This document shows, in pieces, positions 25,574-26,178 of a stretch of 26,178 nt of DNA. The DNA comes from a virus. Lineage: Duplodnaviria > Caudoviricetes. The notes under the pieces are model-generated. The model was not told the DNA's origin and searched no databases. It saw only the letters and a list, made by a program, of their open reading frames with translations. A program made the position numbers and the translations under genes. Numbering within the stretch: the stretch's first letter is position 1; each line of letters starts with the position of its first letter. The stretch is from positions 1 through 26,178 of the IMG/VR virus record IMGVR_UViG_3300006029_000074; one strand, written 5' to 3'.

Positions 25574-25713
25574 TAGCAAAACAAAACTTTATCGGAATTA
25601 TAAATGGTAAAGAAAAAGACTTTAAGGAAGGTCAAAAGATTAGCCAGAAAGATGCTAAAGAATTAAACCTTGCTGAAAAGCCGGAATTAGCGAAAGCGGA
25701 AAAAGGAGAATAA
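25570..25713 (+). CDS. Small charged hypothetical protein (47 aa; not in ORF track)
   Basis: GTG start overlapping the tube stop; MIAKQNFIGIINGKEKDFKEGQKISQKDAKELNLAEKPELAKAEKGE. Confidence 0.6.
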   Translation: MIAKQNFIGIINGKEKDFKEGQKISQKDAKELNLAEKPELAKAEKGE

Positions 25714-25725
25714 ACTACAAAGGAA

Positions 25726-25787
25726 TGACGGTGCGTCCGTTAGGGAGTGAGGTCGAGCTAGGATAATCTCACTCCCATCATCTTAGC
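25726..25787 (+). promoter_or_regulatory. Structured 5' leader with a predicted H-type pseudoknot
   Basis: Stem 25743-25753/25766-25776; loop 25757-25764 is complementary to 25780-25787. Confidence 0.6.
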
Positions 25788-25799
25788 AAAGGACAAACA

Positions 25800-26178
25800 A
25801 TGTTAAATTTATCGAAACCAAGGATGTCAGATATGACATTTAAACGAGAATTGCCAAAACATCTAGATTATTTATCAAAAGAAAGAACATTTATAGAAAT
25901 TAGATGCAGAGCTGGAGGATATATTAATACAGAATGGCAAAAATTAAATGATGAAATAGACAGCCATCGCCAAATTAGAACGATGGAAGTCAGTGAACAT
26001 TTCAAGGATAAGAAAAAGTATGCAACAGAAATGGCGAACATGAGTAAAGAATTAGGGGAGATGAAATTACATTCTTTATATGATGCGTGTGTTATAAGTT
26101 GGAACACTAATATCTTAAATAATGGAAAACCCATGAAATGCAATAAGGATAATTTTATGGAATTAGCTCAAATTAGAA
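25800..26178 (+). CDS. Tail assembly chaperone (3'-truncated; not in ORF track)
   Basis: ATG 25800 after AAAGGA; open to the window end (MLNLSKPRMSDM..IRCRAGGYINTEW..LYDACVISWNTN); position after the tube gene. Confidence 0.7.
   Translation, partial: MLNLSKPRMSDMTFKRELPKHLDYLSKERTFIEIRCRAGGYINTEWQKLNDEIDSHRQIRTMEVSEHFKDKKKYATEMANMSKELGEMKLHSLYDACVISWNTNILNNGKPMKCNKDNFMELAQIR

Noticed and set aside
25720-25790. tRNA gene
   Set aside because: No cloverleaf or T-loop GTTCRA; better explained as a hairpin plus pseudoknot.
25868-26143. Minus-strand 91-aa ORF
   Set aside because: It shadows the plus-strand chaperone ORF starting at 25800, which has an SD and fits the gene order.
1-26178. Stop-codon recoding or self-splicing elements
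   Set aside because: Standard-code ORFs tile the window densely, and terminase, portal and capsid have ordinary lengths with no intein or intron signs.
25800-26178. G/GT-type programmed frameshift in the tail chaperone
   Set aside because: The gene end lies outside the window, so it cannot be assessed.

Overview
The window is most of a small, AT-rich, long-tailed (siphovirus-type) phage genome, probably from a marine alphaproteobacterial host (inferred from composition and gene families, not demonstrable here). From left to right it contains: (1) the end of the tail module (1-6488), with two side-fibre genes, a small fibre-associated gene, a hub-like gene, a GNAT acetyltransferase, a gpJ-like central tail protein and a further fibre; (2) an unusually large membrane/lysis block (6489-11059) of ten genes, with several holin-like proteins, an EF-hand membrane protein and an M15 endolysin but no recognisable Rz/Rz1 spanins; (3) a leftward early operon of small genes, a rightward RusA, and a leftward recombination operon (DUF968-like, NinB/DUF1367-like, SSB, ERF); (4) a Cro-like HTH, an HTH_39-like gene and a lambdoid-type replication initiator with iterons; (5) the packaging, head, neck and tail-tube genes, ending inside a tail assembly chaperone. 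The best candidate for an undescribed system is a three-gene exported/envelope module (6948-9639) between the holin-like genes and the endolysin. It may replace spanins or form a periplasm-spanning complex. Other notable signals are an anti-SD-loop RNA hairpin before terS, a pseudoknot before the tail chaperone, twin 39-bp divergent promoter/operator elements and a 27-bp repeated gene-start cassette. All product calls come from motif recognition and gene order only; no searches were run.
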